A DNA stretch of 64,000 bases from Oscillospiraceae bacterium. Its GTDB lineage: Bacteria; Bacillota; Clostridia; Oscillospirales; Ruminococcaceae. Under the pieces are notes generated by a model. That model worked only from the letters and a program-made list of their open reading frames with translations, was not told where the DNA came from and ran no database searches. Shown piece after piece: positions 1-9,134 of this stretch (positions are counted from its first letter, which is position 1; every line of letters begins with the position of its first letter). Both the position numbers and the translations under genes were made by a program. The stretch is taken from the NCBI GenBank assembly GCA_051891935.1, contig JBJFFR010000183.1:8665-72664 (forward strand), given 5' to 3'.

Positions 1-144
1 GACAAAGAAAAGGCTGCGGCATACTTTAAAGATGCAATGGCAAAATATGATGATTCGGCTGAGCCGTCTATAAAAAAATTTTACACCGAAACAAAGCAAT
101 TACTTGATGAAGCAGGAGTAGATTATTCGGAACAAAACACCTGA
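1..144 (+). CDS. 3' end of an unidentified CDS entering from the left edge
   Basis: Frame 1 is open from base 1 to TGA 142-144 (...KKFYTETKQLLDEAGVDYSEQNT*). No family recognised. A weak hairpin GAAACG/CGTTTC (152-173) and a T-run follow. Confidence 0.3.
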   Translation, partial: DKEKAAAYFKDAMAKYDDSAEPSIKKFYTETKQLLDEAGVDYSEQNT

Positions 145-269
145 TACTAAGGAAACGCTGATTAATACGTTTCTGCCGTTTTTCAAAATGTCCTCAAAGG
201 CGGAAACTCGTACATTTCTCAAAACGGACGTTCAGCTTTGCCGCAGCAATAATCAGCGGTTGCTTAATA

Positions 270-308
270 ATTACGCATTACGCATTACGCATTACGCATT
301 ACGCATTG
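270..308 (-). repeat. Heptad repeat arm: 5 x ATTACGC on + strand, (TAATGCG)n on - strand
   Basis: Five perfect tandem 7-mers at 270-304 plus a partial unit, directly after the ytaF stop (310-312, - strand). Same heptad family as 13551, 15326, 19366, 19547, 34986, 35167 and 39220. Confidence 0.85.
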
Positions 309-309
309 C

Positions 310-912
310 TCAAAGGTTTATTATTGCAAAAATTATAAGCAAAGCTCCGCATAAGCCTCGAAGATCGAGCTTTTTGTTGGACGAAGCCTTCTTCCCGAGC
401 TTATTCGCCGTTACAACGAAAACAAACCCTGTCACAAAGGACAAAAGTGCGATCGGCAGCATCGGAACTGCACCCAAGCCTGCTCCGAGCCCTGCGGCGA
501 GCGAATCGGCGGAAAGCGCAGCCGAGAGGACAAGCGCTTCCTTGCAGGAAATGTCCTTTGAACGGTCGGAATCGGCGGCTTCATCCGATAGGCACACTCT
601 GAACCGTGAGTTCTCGGGCAGCTTGCAGGAAAGCTTTTCAAACGCCTTGTGAAAGATGTTGAACAGTCCGAGAAGCGCAAGTATAACGCTCGATATCACC
701 GAACATACTCCGCTCGGGATAAAGCTTACCGCTGTGCCGCCCAGAGCTGCAGATATGGTCAGAAAAGCTGCGCCCGACGCACTTATTACGGCTGCCGATT
801 TCGGCGGAATGATTATCCCCGACGCGCCCAGTCCGAACGCTGCGCAGAAGCCGTCCGAGGTCACGGCAACGACAAGAAGCAGCAGACGAAAAATATCATT
901 AAATCCCGGCAT
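310..912 (-). CDS. ytaF: YtaF-like sporulation membrane protein (DUF204/MntP-type, two repeats)
   Basis: Polytopic membrane protein with two DUF204-like motifs (VAVTSDGF..., LSAALSADSL...). Start placed at MPGFNDIF (912); the ORF track extends to 969. Confidence 0.55.
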   Translation of the reverse strand: MPGFNDIFRLLLLVVAVTSDGFCAAFGLGASGIIIPPKSAAVISASGAAFLTISAALGGTAVSFIPSGVCSVISSVILALLGLFNIFHKAFEKLSCKLPENSRFRVCLSDEAADSDRSKDISCKEALVLSAALSADSLAAGLGAGLGAVPMLPIALLSFVTGFVFVVTANKLGKKASSNKKLDLRGLCGALLIIFAIINL

Positions 913-1093
913 GATCTGATAGCACACACTCCAAAGAAACGCTGATTGATCAGCAATTCGTAAATCCATTTACTCTATATTATGATTTAGTACATTATTT
1001 GTGATAGAATAGTTCATACTGTTACAGTATAATTTTAATAATAAGCAGGCGAGGCTTTTTCAGGGCTTGCCTGTGTTTTAAAGGGAGTAAAAA

Positions 1094-2062
1094 ATGGCAT
1101 TAAAAGACAGGGTGCTTGCCGTTCTGGAGGCAAACAAAGGCAAGACAGTTTCAGGTACAAAGATATCAAATACAGTAGGAGTTACAAGAGGTGCAGTATG
1201 GAAGGCTGTGAACGTTCTCCGAAGTGAGGGGTATTCAATTTCGGCTGTGACAAACCGTGGATATTGCCTTGAGGAATCGAATGATCTTCTCAACGAACAG
1301 GCAATGAGACCATATCTTAAAACGAAAGCTCTCGGAAGAAAGCTTGATATATATCGAGAGATAGATTCAACGAATTCATTCACAAAAGAAGCCGCTCATT
1401 ACGGTGCTGTACACGGTACGACCGTTATCGCAGAGATACAGACAGGCGGAAAGGGAAGACTTGGACGGAAGTTCCATTCGCCGCTCGGTATGGGCGTTTA
1501 TATGAGTGTTATTATCAGACCGAAGCTCTCCATAGACAGCTCTCTGCTTGTTACAAGCTGCGCGGCGGTTGCCGTTGCACAGGCTATCGAAAGGGTTGCG
1601 CCCGAAGTTGAGTGCAAGATCAAGTGGGTAAACGACATTTATATCAACGATAAAAAGGTATGCGGCATCCTTACCGAGGCTTCGGTCGATGTTGAGCAGG
1701 GCGGACTTGAATATGCGGTTATCGGAATAGGCGTAAACGTTCAGAATTCATCGTTCCCCGAAGAACTTGCAAATGTTGCAACGTCGATAAAAATGGAGAT
1801 AAACCATAACGTTTCGAGAAATCAGCTTGCCGCAGAGATGCTTAACTGTCTTGAAGAGCAGCTTGACAATATTGACAGCGGCGAGTTTATGAAGGAATAT
1901 GTCAGCCGTTCAAATGTAATCGGCAGAAGGATCGTCGTTACGCAGGGTGAGGATATGTTCACCGCAGATTGTTACGGAATAGATGAAAAGTGCAGGCTGC
2001 TTGTCCGCTGCGACGATGGCGAAGAAAAAGCCATAAGCTCCGGAACGATAAGATTTGCTTGA
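1094..2062 (+). CDS. birA: Bifunctional biotin-[acetyl-CoA-carboxylase] ligase / biotin operon repressor
   Basis: N-terminal winged HTH (ISNTVGVTRGAVWKAVNVLRSEGY) and ligase motif GGKGRLGRKFHSP (the GRGRxGRxW type). Length 322 aa. Confidence 0.9.
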   Translation: MALKDRVLAVLEANKGKTVSGTKISNTVGVTRGAVWKAVNVLRSEGYSISAVTNRGYCLEESNDLLNEQAMRPYLKTKALGRKLDIYREIDSTNSFTKEAAHYGAVHGTTVIAEIQTGGKGRLGRKFHSPLGMGVYMSVIIRPKLSIDSSLLVTSCAAVAVAQAIERVAPEVECKIKWVNDIYINDKKVCGILTEASVDVEQGGLEYAVIGIGVNVQNSSFPEELANVATSIKMEINHNVSRNQLAAEMLNCLEEQLDNIDSGEFMKEYVSRSNVIGRRIVVTQGEDMFTADCYGIDEKCRLLVRCDDGEEKAISSGTIRFA

Positions 2063-2084
2063 TTTGAAAACACAACAAACAATA

Positions 2085-2127
2085 TCGGCGTATATCATGT
2101 TTTGTCATGATATGCGTCGATTTTTTA
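2085..2127 (+). terminator. Rho-independent terminator after birA
   Basis: Stem tcggcgtatatcatg / catgatatgcgtcga (with G-U pairs) followed by TTTTTT. Confidence 0.5.
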
Positions 2128-2394
2128 TGTGTTCGAAAAAATTATCGGGGTTTGTTGTTTATTATTGAATATCTATCATTAGTAAAAATGCACTAAAAAA
2201 TTTTTCTCCGAAATTTATGTGTTATTCACAAAGCCAAAAATGCGGAAATTGAAAAAAACCATGAAAAAAGTGTTGTAGACTGCGTTTTATGGTGGTATAA
2301 TATTAATATAAGTGCCGTTATATGCGGATTTATACATAAATTAAGCGCCGATAAGTCGGCTTTATCGGATAAACTAATATTATGGAGGATAAAA

Positions 2395-3411
2395 ATGTTT
2401 ACTAAAGATATCGGTATTGACCTCGGAACTGCCAACACCCTCGTTTACATGAAGGGAAAGGGCATCATTATAAGAGAACCGTCCGTTGTTGCTGTTGACA
2501 CTCGCACGGACAGAGCTAAATATGTCGGTCAGGAGGCAAAGGACGTTATCGGACGTACTCCCGGATCGATCGTTGCTGTTCGTCCGCTCAAGGACGGCGT
2601 TATCGCTGACTTTGAAATGACAACTACAATGCTTCAGGAATTTATCAGCAAGGCTCTCAAAGGTTCTTTCTTCACAAAGGCAAGAGTTGTTATCTGTATC
2701 CCTTCCGGCATCACAGCCGTTGAACGCCGTGCTGTTAAGGAAGCTACCGAAAACTCGGGCGCAAAGCGTGTAAACATCATTGAAGAGCCTATGGCTGCTG
2801 CTATCGGCGCAGGTCTTCCCGTTTCCGAGCCGCAGGGTTCGATGATCGTTGACATCGGCGGCGGTACTTCCGAAGTTGCTGTTATCTCACTCGGCGGCAT
2901 CGTAACATCCCGTTCCGTAAGGATCGCAGGCGACGCATTCGACACAGCTATCATCAACTACATCAAGAAAAAATACAATCTCCTCATCGGTGAAAGAACT
3001 GCCGAGAATGTAAAGATCGCTATCGGTTCCGCATTCCCTATGGAGCAGGAAACCGATATGGAAATAAAGGGACGCAACCTTCTCAACGGTCTGCCCGAAA
3101 ACATCACCGTTACCTCGGCAGAGATAAGAGAAGCTCTTGCAGAACCTCTTTCTCACGTTATCGAAGCGATCAAGGTCACACTTGAAAAAACTCCTCCGGA
3201 GCTTGCTGCCGACATCATTGACCAGGGTATCACGCTTGCAGGCGGCGGTGCTCTTATCAGAGGACTTGACAAGCTTATCAACAAGGAAACGGGAATGCCC
3301 GTAAACATTGCGGATTCTCCGCTTGACTGCGTTGCTGACGGCACAGGCAAGGTACTCGAGGATCTTGACAAGCTTCACGAAGTTCTCAACGACGATTCAA
3401 AGTATTATTGA
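2395..3411 (+). CDS. mreB: Rod shape-determining actin homologue MreB
   Basis: [18 protein letters not shown]..., [11 protein letters not shown] and [12 protein letters not shown] actin-fold motifs. Length 338 aa. RBS tggagga upstream. Confidence 0.95.
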   Translation: MFTKDIGIDLGTANTLVYMKGKGIIIREPSVVAVDTRTDRAKYVGQEAKDVIGRTPGSIVAVRPLKDGVIADFEMTTTMLQEFISKALKGSFFTKARVVICIPSGITAVERRAVKEATENSGAKRVNIIEEPMAAAIGAGLPVSEPQGSMIVDIGGGTSEVAVISLGGIVTSRSVRIAGDAFDTAIINYIKKKYNLLIGERTAENVKIAIGSAFPMEQETDMEIKGRNLLNGLPENITVTSAEIREALAEPLSHVIEAIKVTLEKTPPELAADIIDQGITLAGGGALIRGLDKLINKETGMPVNIADSPLDCVADGTGKVLEDLDKLHEVLNDDSKYY

Positions 3412-3442
3412 TAAAACGGATAGAAAAAAACACGAATAAAGG

Positions 3443-3468
3443 GGCGGATAGATCTATCCGCCTTTTTT
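3443..3468 (+). terminator. Terminator after mreB
   Basis: ggcggata-gatc-tatccgcc stem followed by TTTTTT. Confidence 0.7.
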
Positions 3469-3494
3469 CGGAATACTCTTATTTTATGGCATAA

Positions 3495-3698
3495 GGGAAC
3501 CTCTAAAAACCTCCTTCTCGGCAAATTTTCTATGACTTATATCATCTGCTGCGTTATCAAAGTAAACGCTGTATAGATTGAATAAATGAAGCGTTTACTT
3601 ACCTTGTAATACATCAAGTATTACTGCGGTTTGATGTCTTGCAGCTGATATAGGTCATATACGAAAATTTGCTCGAGTCCCGGTTTTTAGAGAACCCC
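3495..3698 (+). repeat. Structured palindromic repeat (about 210 bp, MITE-like), copy 1
   Basis: Ends GGGAACCTCTAAAAACC ... GGTTTTTAGAGAACCCC. Homologous copies lie at 36407-36618 (reverse) and 48841-49062. Long internal arms are complementary. It ends 17 nt before the mreC start. Confidence 0.85.
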
Positions 3699-3715
3699 AT
3701 AAGGGAGATGATAAT

Positions 3716-4555
3716 GTGAGGGATTTTTTCAAATCGACAAAATTTAAGATAATTGCGGCGGTCATTGCCGTTCTCATAGGCTTTATGATATACTCCCTTA
3801 CAACGGGCGGATATGCTATAATGGGAGTATCGATTTTTGATGCGATAACGGAGCCCTTTCAGAAGGCTTCGACGTCGATCTCACGCACTGTTTCGGACAC
3901 GATCGACACGCTTGCGAACGCAAAAAAATACCGTGATGAAAACGAGCAGCTTCGTGAGCGTCTTAATCAGCTTTACAATGAGATCATTGACTATGATAAA
4001 ATACAGACGGAAAATTCCGAGCTGAAACAGCTTTTACAGCTCAAAGAGGACAACGAGAGCTTTGTTTTCTCCTCGCCGTGTACGGTGATCGCAAGGACGG
4101 CGAACGACCCTTACGGCTCTTTTACGATCGACAAGGGCAGCAAGGACGGTATCTCGCCGAACGACCCCGTTATCACTTCACAGGGACTTATCGGCATTTG
4201 CTACGATGTTTCGGAGAGCACATCGAGGGTAAGGACTTTGCTTTCTCCGAAATCTGCGGTAGGAGTTACCGTTCTTCGCACAAAGGCAGCAGGTATTCTT
4301 GAAGGCGATTATGAATTCGTTCAGGATGGGCTCTGCAAAATGAGCTATATTGACAAATCGGCTGAAATAATGCTCGGCGATATCATTTTCACATCGGGAA
4401 GCGAGACCTTCCCAGCGGGGCAGCTTGTCGGAACGGTCGAAAAGATCGTTATGGAGGACAGCGGACTTTCCAAATATGCTCTTATCAAGCCTGCATCCGA
4501 TCCTTTTTCTGTCGGAACGGTATTCGTTGTGACGGAATTTGAAGGTAAAAAGTAA
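3716..4555 (+). CDS. mreC: Rod shape-determining protein MreC
   Basis: GTG start with RBS aagggag. N-terminal TM, a coiled-coil (ENEQLRERLNQLYNE...) and a C-terminal beta-domain (GLIGICYDV...RVRTLLSP). Located after mreB. Confidence 0.85.
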   Translation: MRDFFKSTKFKIIAAVIAVLIGFMIYSLTTGGYAIMGVSIFDAITEPFQKASTSISRTVSDTIDTLANAKKYRDENEQLRERLNQLYNEIIDYDKIQTENSELKQLLQLKEDNESFVFSSPCTVIARTANDPYGSFTIDKGSKDGISPNDPVITSQGLIGICYDVSESTSRVRTLLSPKSAVGVTVLRTKAAGILEGDYEFVQDGLCKMSYIDKSAEIMLGDIIFTSGSETFPAGQLVGTVEKIVMEDSGLSKYALIKPASDPFSVGTVFVVTEFEGKK

Positions 4556-4662
4556 GGGAAATCTACGGTACGGACAGCTTGTAGTCGGCGGCACGATACC
4601 GATCGGTACTGTTGGTAACGATAGATACTTCTTTGTGACACTCGGTTTAAGGAGGCTGCATT

Positions 4663-5229
4663 TTGAACATTGATATCAAAAGGCGGAAGGAAAAGATCCG
4701 TGCGATCCTTCGCTGGACAATATATTTTCTGCTGCTTTTTATCGAATATATCATTATGACAACGATGTCGTCCATCCACAGGATGCCGCTTTTTATTGTG
4801 GCGACGGCGATATGTATCGCTGTTTTCGAGGATCCGTTCAACTCTGCGATACTCGGCTGTCTTGCGGGACTGATGCTTGACGCTGCGGAGGGGACGATAG
4901 TCGGTCTGAACGGTGTTATACTTACTATGTGCTGTCTTATGACATCGCTGCTTTTTTATTTTATAATGAGGCGGCATATTGTCAACGTTCTTGCGCTGAC
5001 CGCTGCGACCGCATTTATACAGACGGGTCTTCGATATATTTTTTACTACTCTATATGGGGATATGATGACCGAGGTGTTATATATCTGCGTGAGATAGTG
5101 CCTGTTATGATCTTCACGGTCATAGCTTCGGCGGTGTTTTATCCGCTAATACGCTTCTTGTCGTCGCGGCTCGGAGTTATCAAGGAGACCTACGTTGAGG
5201 AAAAATCCGAAAATATTGTGAGAGAATAA
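4663..5229 (+). CDS. mreD: Rod shape-determining protein MreD
   Basis: TTG start 7 nt after RBS aaggagg. Polytopic 188-aa membrane protein positioned between mreC and PBP2. Confidence 0.7.
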   Translation: MNIDIKRRKEKIRAILRWTIYFLLLFIEYIIMTTMSSIHRMPLFIVATAICIAVFEDPFNSAILGCLAGLMLDAAEGTIVGLNGVILTMCCLMTSLLFYFIMRRHIVNVLALTAATAFIQTGLRYIFYYSIWGYDDRGVIYLREIVPVMIFTVIASAVFYPLIRFLSSRLGVIKETYVEEKSENIVRE

Positions 5230-5231
5230 AT

Positions 5232-7376
5232 ATGAATTTCGCTTCAATAGCAAAAAAGATCAGAACGATCATACTGATAGCCTTTGTGCTGCTTGCAATG
5301 TCGATGTGCGCTCTTGCACTGATGAAAATGCAGATCGTTGACGGTGAAAAATACCTTGAACAGGCGAAAAGCACACGAACCGTCACGCAGGACATAAGCG
5401 CACCCCGAGGAGAGATCGTTGACGCTTCGGGAAAAGCAGTTGTAAGCAACAAGGTCGGCTACAATGTAATACTTGAAAAGGCATTCCTGTCCTCCGATGT
5501 GCAGGAGATAAACAGAATAATCCTGCGCATTGCGGAGATACTTGACGAGGACGGAGTTGAGTGGAACGAATCTCTGCCGATAAGCCGCACTGCGCCGTAC
5601 AGCTTTCTTGAAATGCGTGATTCGGACATTGCAAAGCTTCGCAAAAATATATCTGTGCAGCCTTATGCGACTGCGGAGGAATGTATCGAAGCGATGCTTG
5701 CGCTTTACAAGGTCGATGATTCCTATACCGTTCGGCAGAAAAGGATCATTGTCGGTATCCGCTATGAAATGGCTATACGCAGCTTCTCGCTTGCAAACCG
5801 CTACACGCTCGCAGAGGATATTCCCATGGCAAGCGTTGTGAAGCTGAAGGAAGCGGCGTTTGAGCTTGAGGGAATGGACGTTGCCGAAGAGGCTATCCGG
5901 GTTTACGAGGAAAACAACTACGCTCCGCATCTTGTCGGAACGGTCGGTTCGATAAACGCAGAGGAATATGAAACGCTCAAAGAAAGCGGTTATATGCTCA
6001 ATGACGTCCTTGGCAAGAGCGGCGTTGAAAAGGCTATGGAAAGTCAGCTGCGAGGAACGATGGGCACTCGTGAGCTTGAGCTTTTAAACGGAATCGTTTC
6101 TTCCGACACGATAACAAAGGAAACAGTTCCCGGAAATACCGTAAAGCTTACGATAGATATGGATTATCAGCACCAAGTCCAGCAGATACTTGAAAACCAT
6201 ATTACATGGCTTCAGAATCAGACCTCAAAGGACAAAAAGGGTGAAAATGCAAATGCCGGAGCTATCGTTGTAACGGACGCAAAGACGGGAGCTCTTATAG
6301 CAGCTGCGACTTCTCCGACCTATAACATCAACGATTATCTCAACAACTATTCCGCTGTTGCAAACGGAGAGAATTCTCCGCTCATAAACCGTGCGACCTC
6401 GGGACTTTACCGCCCGGGTTCGACCTTCAAGACGGTCACGGCAACGGCAGGACTTAACGAGGGGGTAATATCCCCGAACACGTTCATCTCCTGCAACAAG
6501 GTCTACACCTACTGGGAAGACTATCAGCCTAAATGCACGGGTTATCACGGCAGGATAAATGTTGTTACTGCGATCGAGAAATCCTGCAACATCTTCTTCT
6601 ACGAAACGGGCAGGCAGCTTGGCATCGACCGTCTTGCAGGCTATGCAAAGCTTTACGGCTTCGGTCAGAACACGGGACTTGAAACGGGAGATATGGCAGG
6701 CTATTTCGCAACGCCCGAAAGCTTTCAGGAACGCCGCCTTGAATGGCAGGCAGGACTTGTTGTTCAGGCTGCTATCGGACAGTCGGAAACCTACGCAACT
6801 CCGCTGCAGCTTGCAATGCTTGCGAACACTATCGCAAATCACGGTACACGCTACAAGCCCTATGTTGTGGACAGTGTTTACACATATAATATGGAAAGGC
6901 TTGTTATCAAGACGCAGCCGACTGTTGCGGCAAACGTTCCCGATGAAACGGGCGTAACGTTTGACAATATTATAAAGGGTATGGAAAACGCCGCAAACTT
7001 TGTTCCGTATTCTTATCCTGCGGTCAAGGATTACTACACGAATTATCTTCTTTCCGAGCTTCCGCAGCAGGCGGCAATAAAAACCGGTACTCCCCAGATG
7101 ACCTCTGCGGAGGATACGGGTTCTGCGTTCATCGGCTTTTATCCCTCGGAAGATCCCGTTATTGCATTTTCGGGATTTGTTGAACACGGCGATTACTCAA
7201 AATTCATGATACGCCAGATCATTGAAGCTTATTTCAACAAGAATTACAAAGTGGCTTCCCCGAATGTTCTGACCGATGAAGAAAGAGCTGCGCTGCTTGC
7301 TGGCATCGGTGAAAATGTACCTGCAGAAACGGTTGTAACGACTTTCGATGACGGCACCGCACCCGCAGTTCAATAA
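5232..7376 (+). CDS. mrdA: Penicillin-binding protein 2 (class B transpeptidase)
   Basis: N-terminal TM, then SxxK (GSTFK), SxN (KSCN) and KTG (IKTGT) motifs. Length 714 aa. Part of the mre cluster. Confidence 0.85.
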   Translation: MNFASIAKKIRTIILIAFVLLAMSMCALALMKMQIVDGEKYLEQAKSTRTVTQDISAPRGEIVDASGKAVVSNKVGYNVILEKAFLSSDVQEINRIILRIAEILDEDGVEWNESLPISRTAPYSFLEMRDSDIAKLRKNISVQPYATAEECIEAMLALYKVDDSYTVRQKRIIVGIRYEMAIRSFSLANRYTLAEDIPMASVVKLKEAAFELEGMDVAEEAIRVYEENNYAPHLVGTVGSINAEEYETLKESGYMLNDVLGKSGVEKAMESQLRGTMGTRELELLNGIVSSDTITKETVPGNTVKLTIDMDYQHQVQQILENHITWLQNQTSKDKKGENANAGAIVVTDAKTGALIAAATSPTYNINDYLNNYSAVANGENSPLINRATSGLYRPGSTFKTVTATAGLNEGVISPNTFISCNKVYTYWEDYQPKCTGYHGRINVVTAIEKSCNIFFYETGRQLGIDRLAGYAKLYGFGQNTGLETGDMAGYFATPESFQERRLEWQAGLVVQAAIGQSETYATPLQLAMLANTIANHGTRYKPYVVDSVYTYNMERLVIKTQPTVAANVPDETGVTFDNIIKGMENAANFVPYSYPAVKDYYTNYLLSELPQQAAIKTGTPQMTSAEDTGSAFIGFYPSEDPVIAFSGFVEHGDYSKFMIRQIIEAYFNKNYKVASPNVLTDEERAALLAGIGENVPAETVVTTFDDGTAPAVQ

Positions 7377-7378
7377 AA

Positions 7379-7572
7379 TTAAGGAATCGCTGATTAAATC
7401 GCGCCTACGGCTTGGCACGCATCTTGCGCCCGAATATCGGGTTGCATATATTTCCGTCATATTGCACCAAAACTCCTTGACATACGACAGTATGCCTGCG
7501 TCGTTTTGATACAATCTGACGAAAAACCTGACTGCGCAATCTGCGCACCAGATTTAATCAGCGCTTCCTTAA
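7379..7572. repeat. 194-bp element with 22-bp terminal inverted repeats TTAAGGAA(T/G)CGCTGATTAAATC
   Basis: Left end ttaaggaatcgctgattaaatc (7379-7400); right end gatttaatcagcgcttccttaa (7551-7572). The core AAGGAAACGCTGAT recurs at 149, 938, 19510 (reverse), 36516, 48908, 54952 and 55006. Confidence 0.6.
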
Positions 7573-7574
7573 AA

Positions 7575-7610
7575 AATTGCACACTGATGTTAAATAGTGT
7601 GCAATTTTTA
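7575..7610 (+). terminator. Terminator after PBP2
   Basis: aattgcacact / agtgtgcaatt stem followed by a T-run. Confidence 0.6.
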
Positions 7611-7789
7611 TATGTGCAAAACAAACAAAAGAAGTGCAAAAATACAAGCTAACTTGACAAAAATGTGCAGATTAATAAAAAAACACTTGGAGTTTTGCTA
7701 AAAGTGTGATACAATATAAATAATTGATAGCCGTATGCGCAGAAGAATCGTGCGGCTTGTGTTTATGTCTGTTACAGGAAGGTGTTTTT

Positions 7790-8536
7790 ATGTCTAAAAT
7801 CATTGCTATAACATCCGGTAAAGGCGGTACCGGTAAATCCTCTATCTGTGCCGAGCTTGGCTTTGCTCTTGCTAAACAGGGTCACAGAACCCTTATCATA
7901 GAACTTGACTTCGGCCTTCGCTGCCTTGATATCATGCTTGGCGTAAAGGACGAGGTAAAATATGACCTCGGTTCGGTAATATCAGGCGAAGTCGATGTTT
8001 ATCAGGCCACCACTCCGGTCAAGATAGCTTCCAACCTCAGCCTTGTATGTGCGCCGGAGGATCCGTTCTCCAAGGTTGACGCTGCAACGATCAAGCGCAT
8101 CTGCGAGGAAATGAGAAAGTATTACGAATACATAATCGTTGATACCTCCGCAGGTACAAATGAAAGCGTTTTCGATGTTGTTGAGCAGTCCGATCTTATC
8201 CTCATCAACACAACTCCCGACCCGATCTGTGTTCGTGACGCTCGTGCAATGTCCGACGAGTTCTACAAGAGAGGCAACAAGAAGCAGCGCCTTATCATCA
8301 ACAAGATCGACCCCGATATATTCCAGTCGGATATCATTAAGGATCTTGACGATATCATTGATACTGTCGGCGTTCAGCTTATCGGCGTTATCCCGAACGA
8401 TGATGCTGTTGTTATTTCGACAGGAAAGGGCATTCCGCTCCCGTCGGGTTCAAACGCATTCAAGGCATTTGACGCTATTTCACGCCGTATAAAGGGCGAG
8501 GATGTTCCGCTCAGCTTCAAGATGCTGGTTCAGTAA
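7790..8536 (+). CDS. minD: MinD-like ParA-family septum-site ATPase
   Basis: Deviant Walker A SGKGGTGKSS. Start at ATG 7790 after RBS aggaaggtg; the ORF track begins at 7724. Lies after the mre cluster, as in other Firmicutes. Confidence 0.8.
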   Translation: MSKIIAITSGKGGTGKSSICAELGFALAKQGHRTLIIELDFGLRCLDIMLGVKDEVKYDLGSVISGEVDVYQATTPVKIASNLSLVCAPEDPFSKVDAATIKRICEEMRKYYEYIIVDTSAGTNESVFDVVEQSDLILINTTPDPICVRDARAMSDEFYKRGNKKQRLIINKIDPDIFQSDIIKDLDDIIDTVGVQLIGVIPNDDAVVISTGKGIPLPSGSNAFKAFDAISRRIKGEDVPLSFKMLVQ

Positions 8537-8627
8537 AGGGGATCTTTAAAGATAACGATCTGCAATATCCGTATTATAAAAATTATCACAGTCTTGGAAA
8601 TAATTTAAAGAAGGGGAGTTTCGTTCA

Positions 8628-9032
8628 ATGAATATCGCACTTATTGCACACGACTCTAAAAAAGAATTACTTGTACAATTCTGCATTGCTTACTGCGGAA
8701 TTCTTTCAAAACATAATATATGCGCAACAGGAACAACAGGCAAGATGGTTTCCCAGGCAACAGGACTCAACATAAAGAACTATCTGAGCGGTTCCCAGGG
8801 CGGCGATCAGCAGATATGCGCACGAATCTCCTGCAATGAGATCGACCTGCTTTTGTTTTTCAGAGATCCGCTTTCTCCGAAGCCGCATGAGCCTAACGAA
8901 ATGAACCTTTTAAGACTTTGTGATGTTCACAATATCCCCGTTGCGACCAATATTGCTACGGCAGAGGCACTTATCCACGCTCTTGAAAGAGGCGACCTTG
9001 ACTGGCGTCAGATCGTTAATCCAAACGCATAA
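8628..9032 (+). CDS. mgsA: Methylglyoxal synthase
   Basis: [18 protein letters not shown]...ATGTTG motifs. Length 134 aa. Confidence 0.9.
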   Translation: MNIALIAHDSKKELLVQFCIAYCGILSKHNICATGTTGKMVSQATGLNIKNYLSGSQGGDQQICARISCNEIDLLLFFRDPLSPKPHEPNEMNLLRLCDVHNIPVATNIATAEALIHALERGDLDWRQIVNPNA

Positions 9033-9038
9033 AAAATT

Positions 9039-9069
9039 GCGGCAGAATGAGAATTTCTGCCGTTTTTTA
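9039..9069 (+). terminator. Terminator after mgsA
   Basis: cggcagaa / ttctgccg stem followed by TTTTTT. Confidence 0.7.
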
Positions 9070-9099
9070 TTTTGGATATGTTAATTCACAACTTTTTGC

Positions 9100-9128
9100 T
9101 TGACAATAAGGATTTTATGCGTTATACT
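9100..9128 (+). promoter_or_regulatory. Sigma-A-type promoter of the T-box/hisS transcript
   Basis: TTGACA (9100-9105), 17-bp spacer, TATACT (9123-9128). Confidence 0.55.
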
Positions 9129-9134
9129 TATCTT

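Noticed and set aside
188-652. 154-aa + strand ORF whose N-terminal part translates the heptad repeat (NNYALRITHYALRIA)
   Set aside because: It is antisense to the better-supported ytaF-like membrane protein gene. It has no RBS, and its sequence is a repeat translation plus low complexity.
6225-7187. 320-aa antisense ORF inside PBP2. Similar antisense ORFs: 58904-59965 (argG), 62214-62891 (argH), 12364-13125 (aspS), 37603-38307 (glgB), 4345-4977 (mreC/mreD) and 5244-5930 (PBP2)
   Set aside because: Each is fully contained in, and opposite to, a gene with clear family motifs. None shows recognisable motifs or start signals.
7724-7789. 22-codon N-terminal extension of MinD given by the ORF track
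   Set aside because: The internal ATG at 7790 has a proper RBS and places the Walker A motif at the usual distance from the N-terminus. The extension (MIAVCAEESCGLCLCLL...) is not MinD-like.
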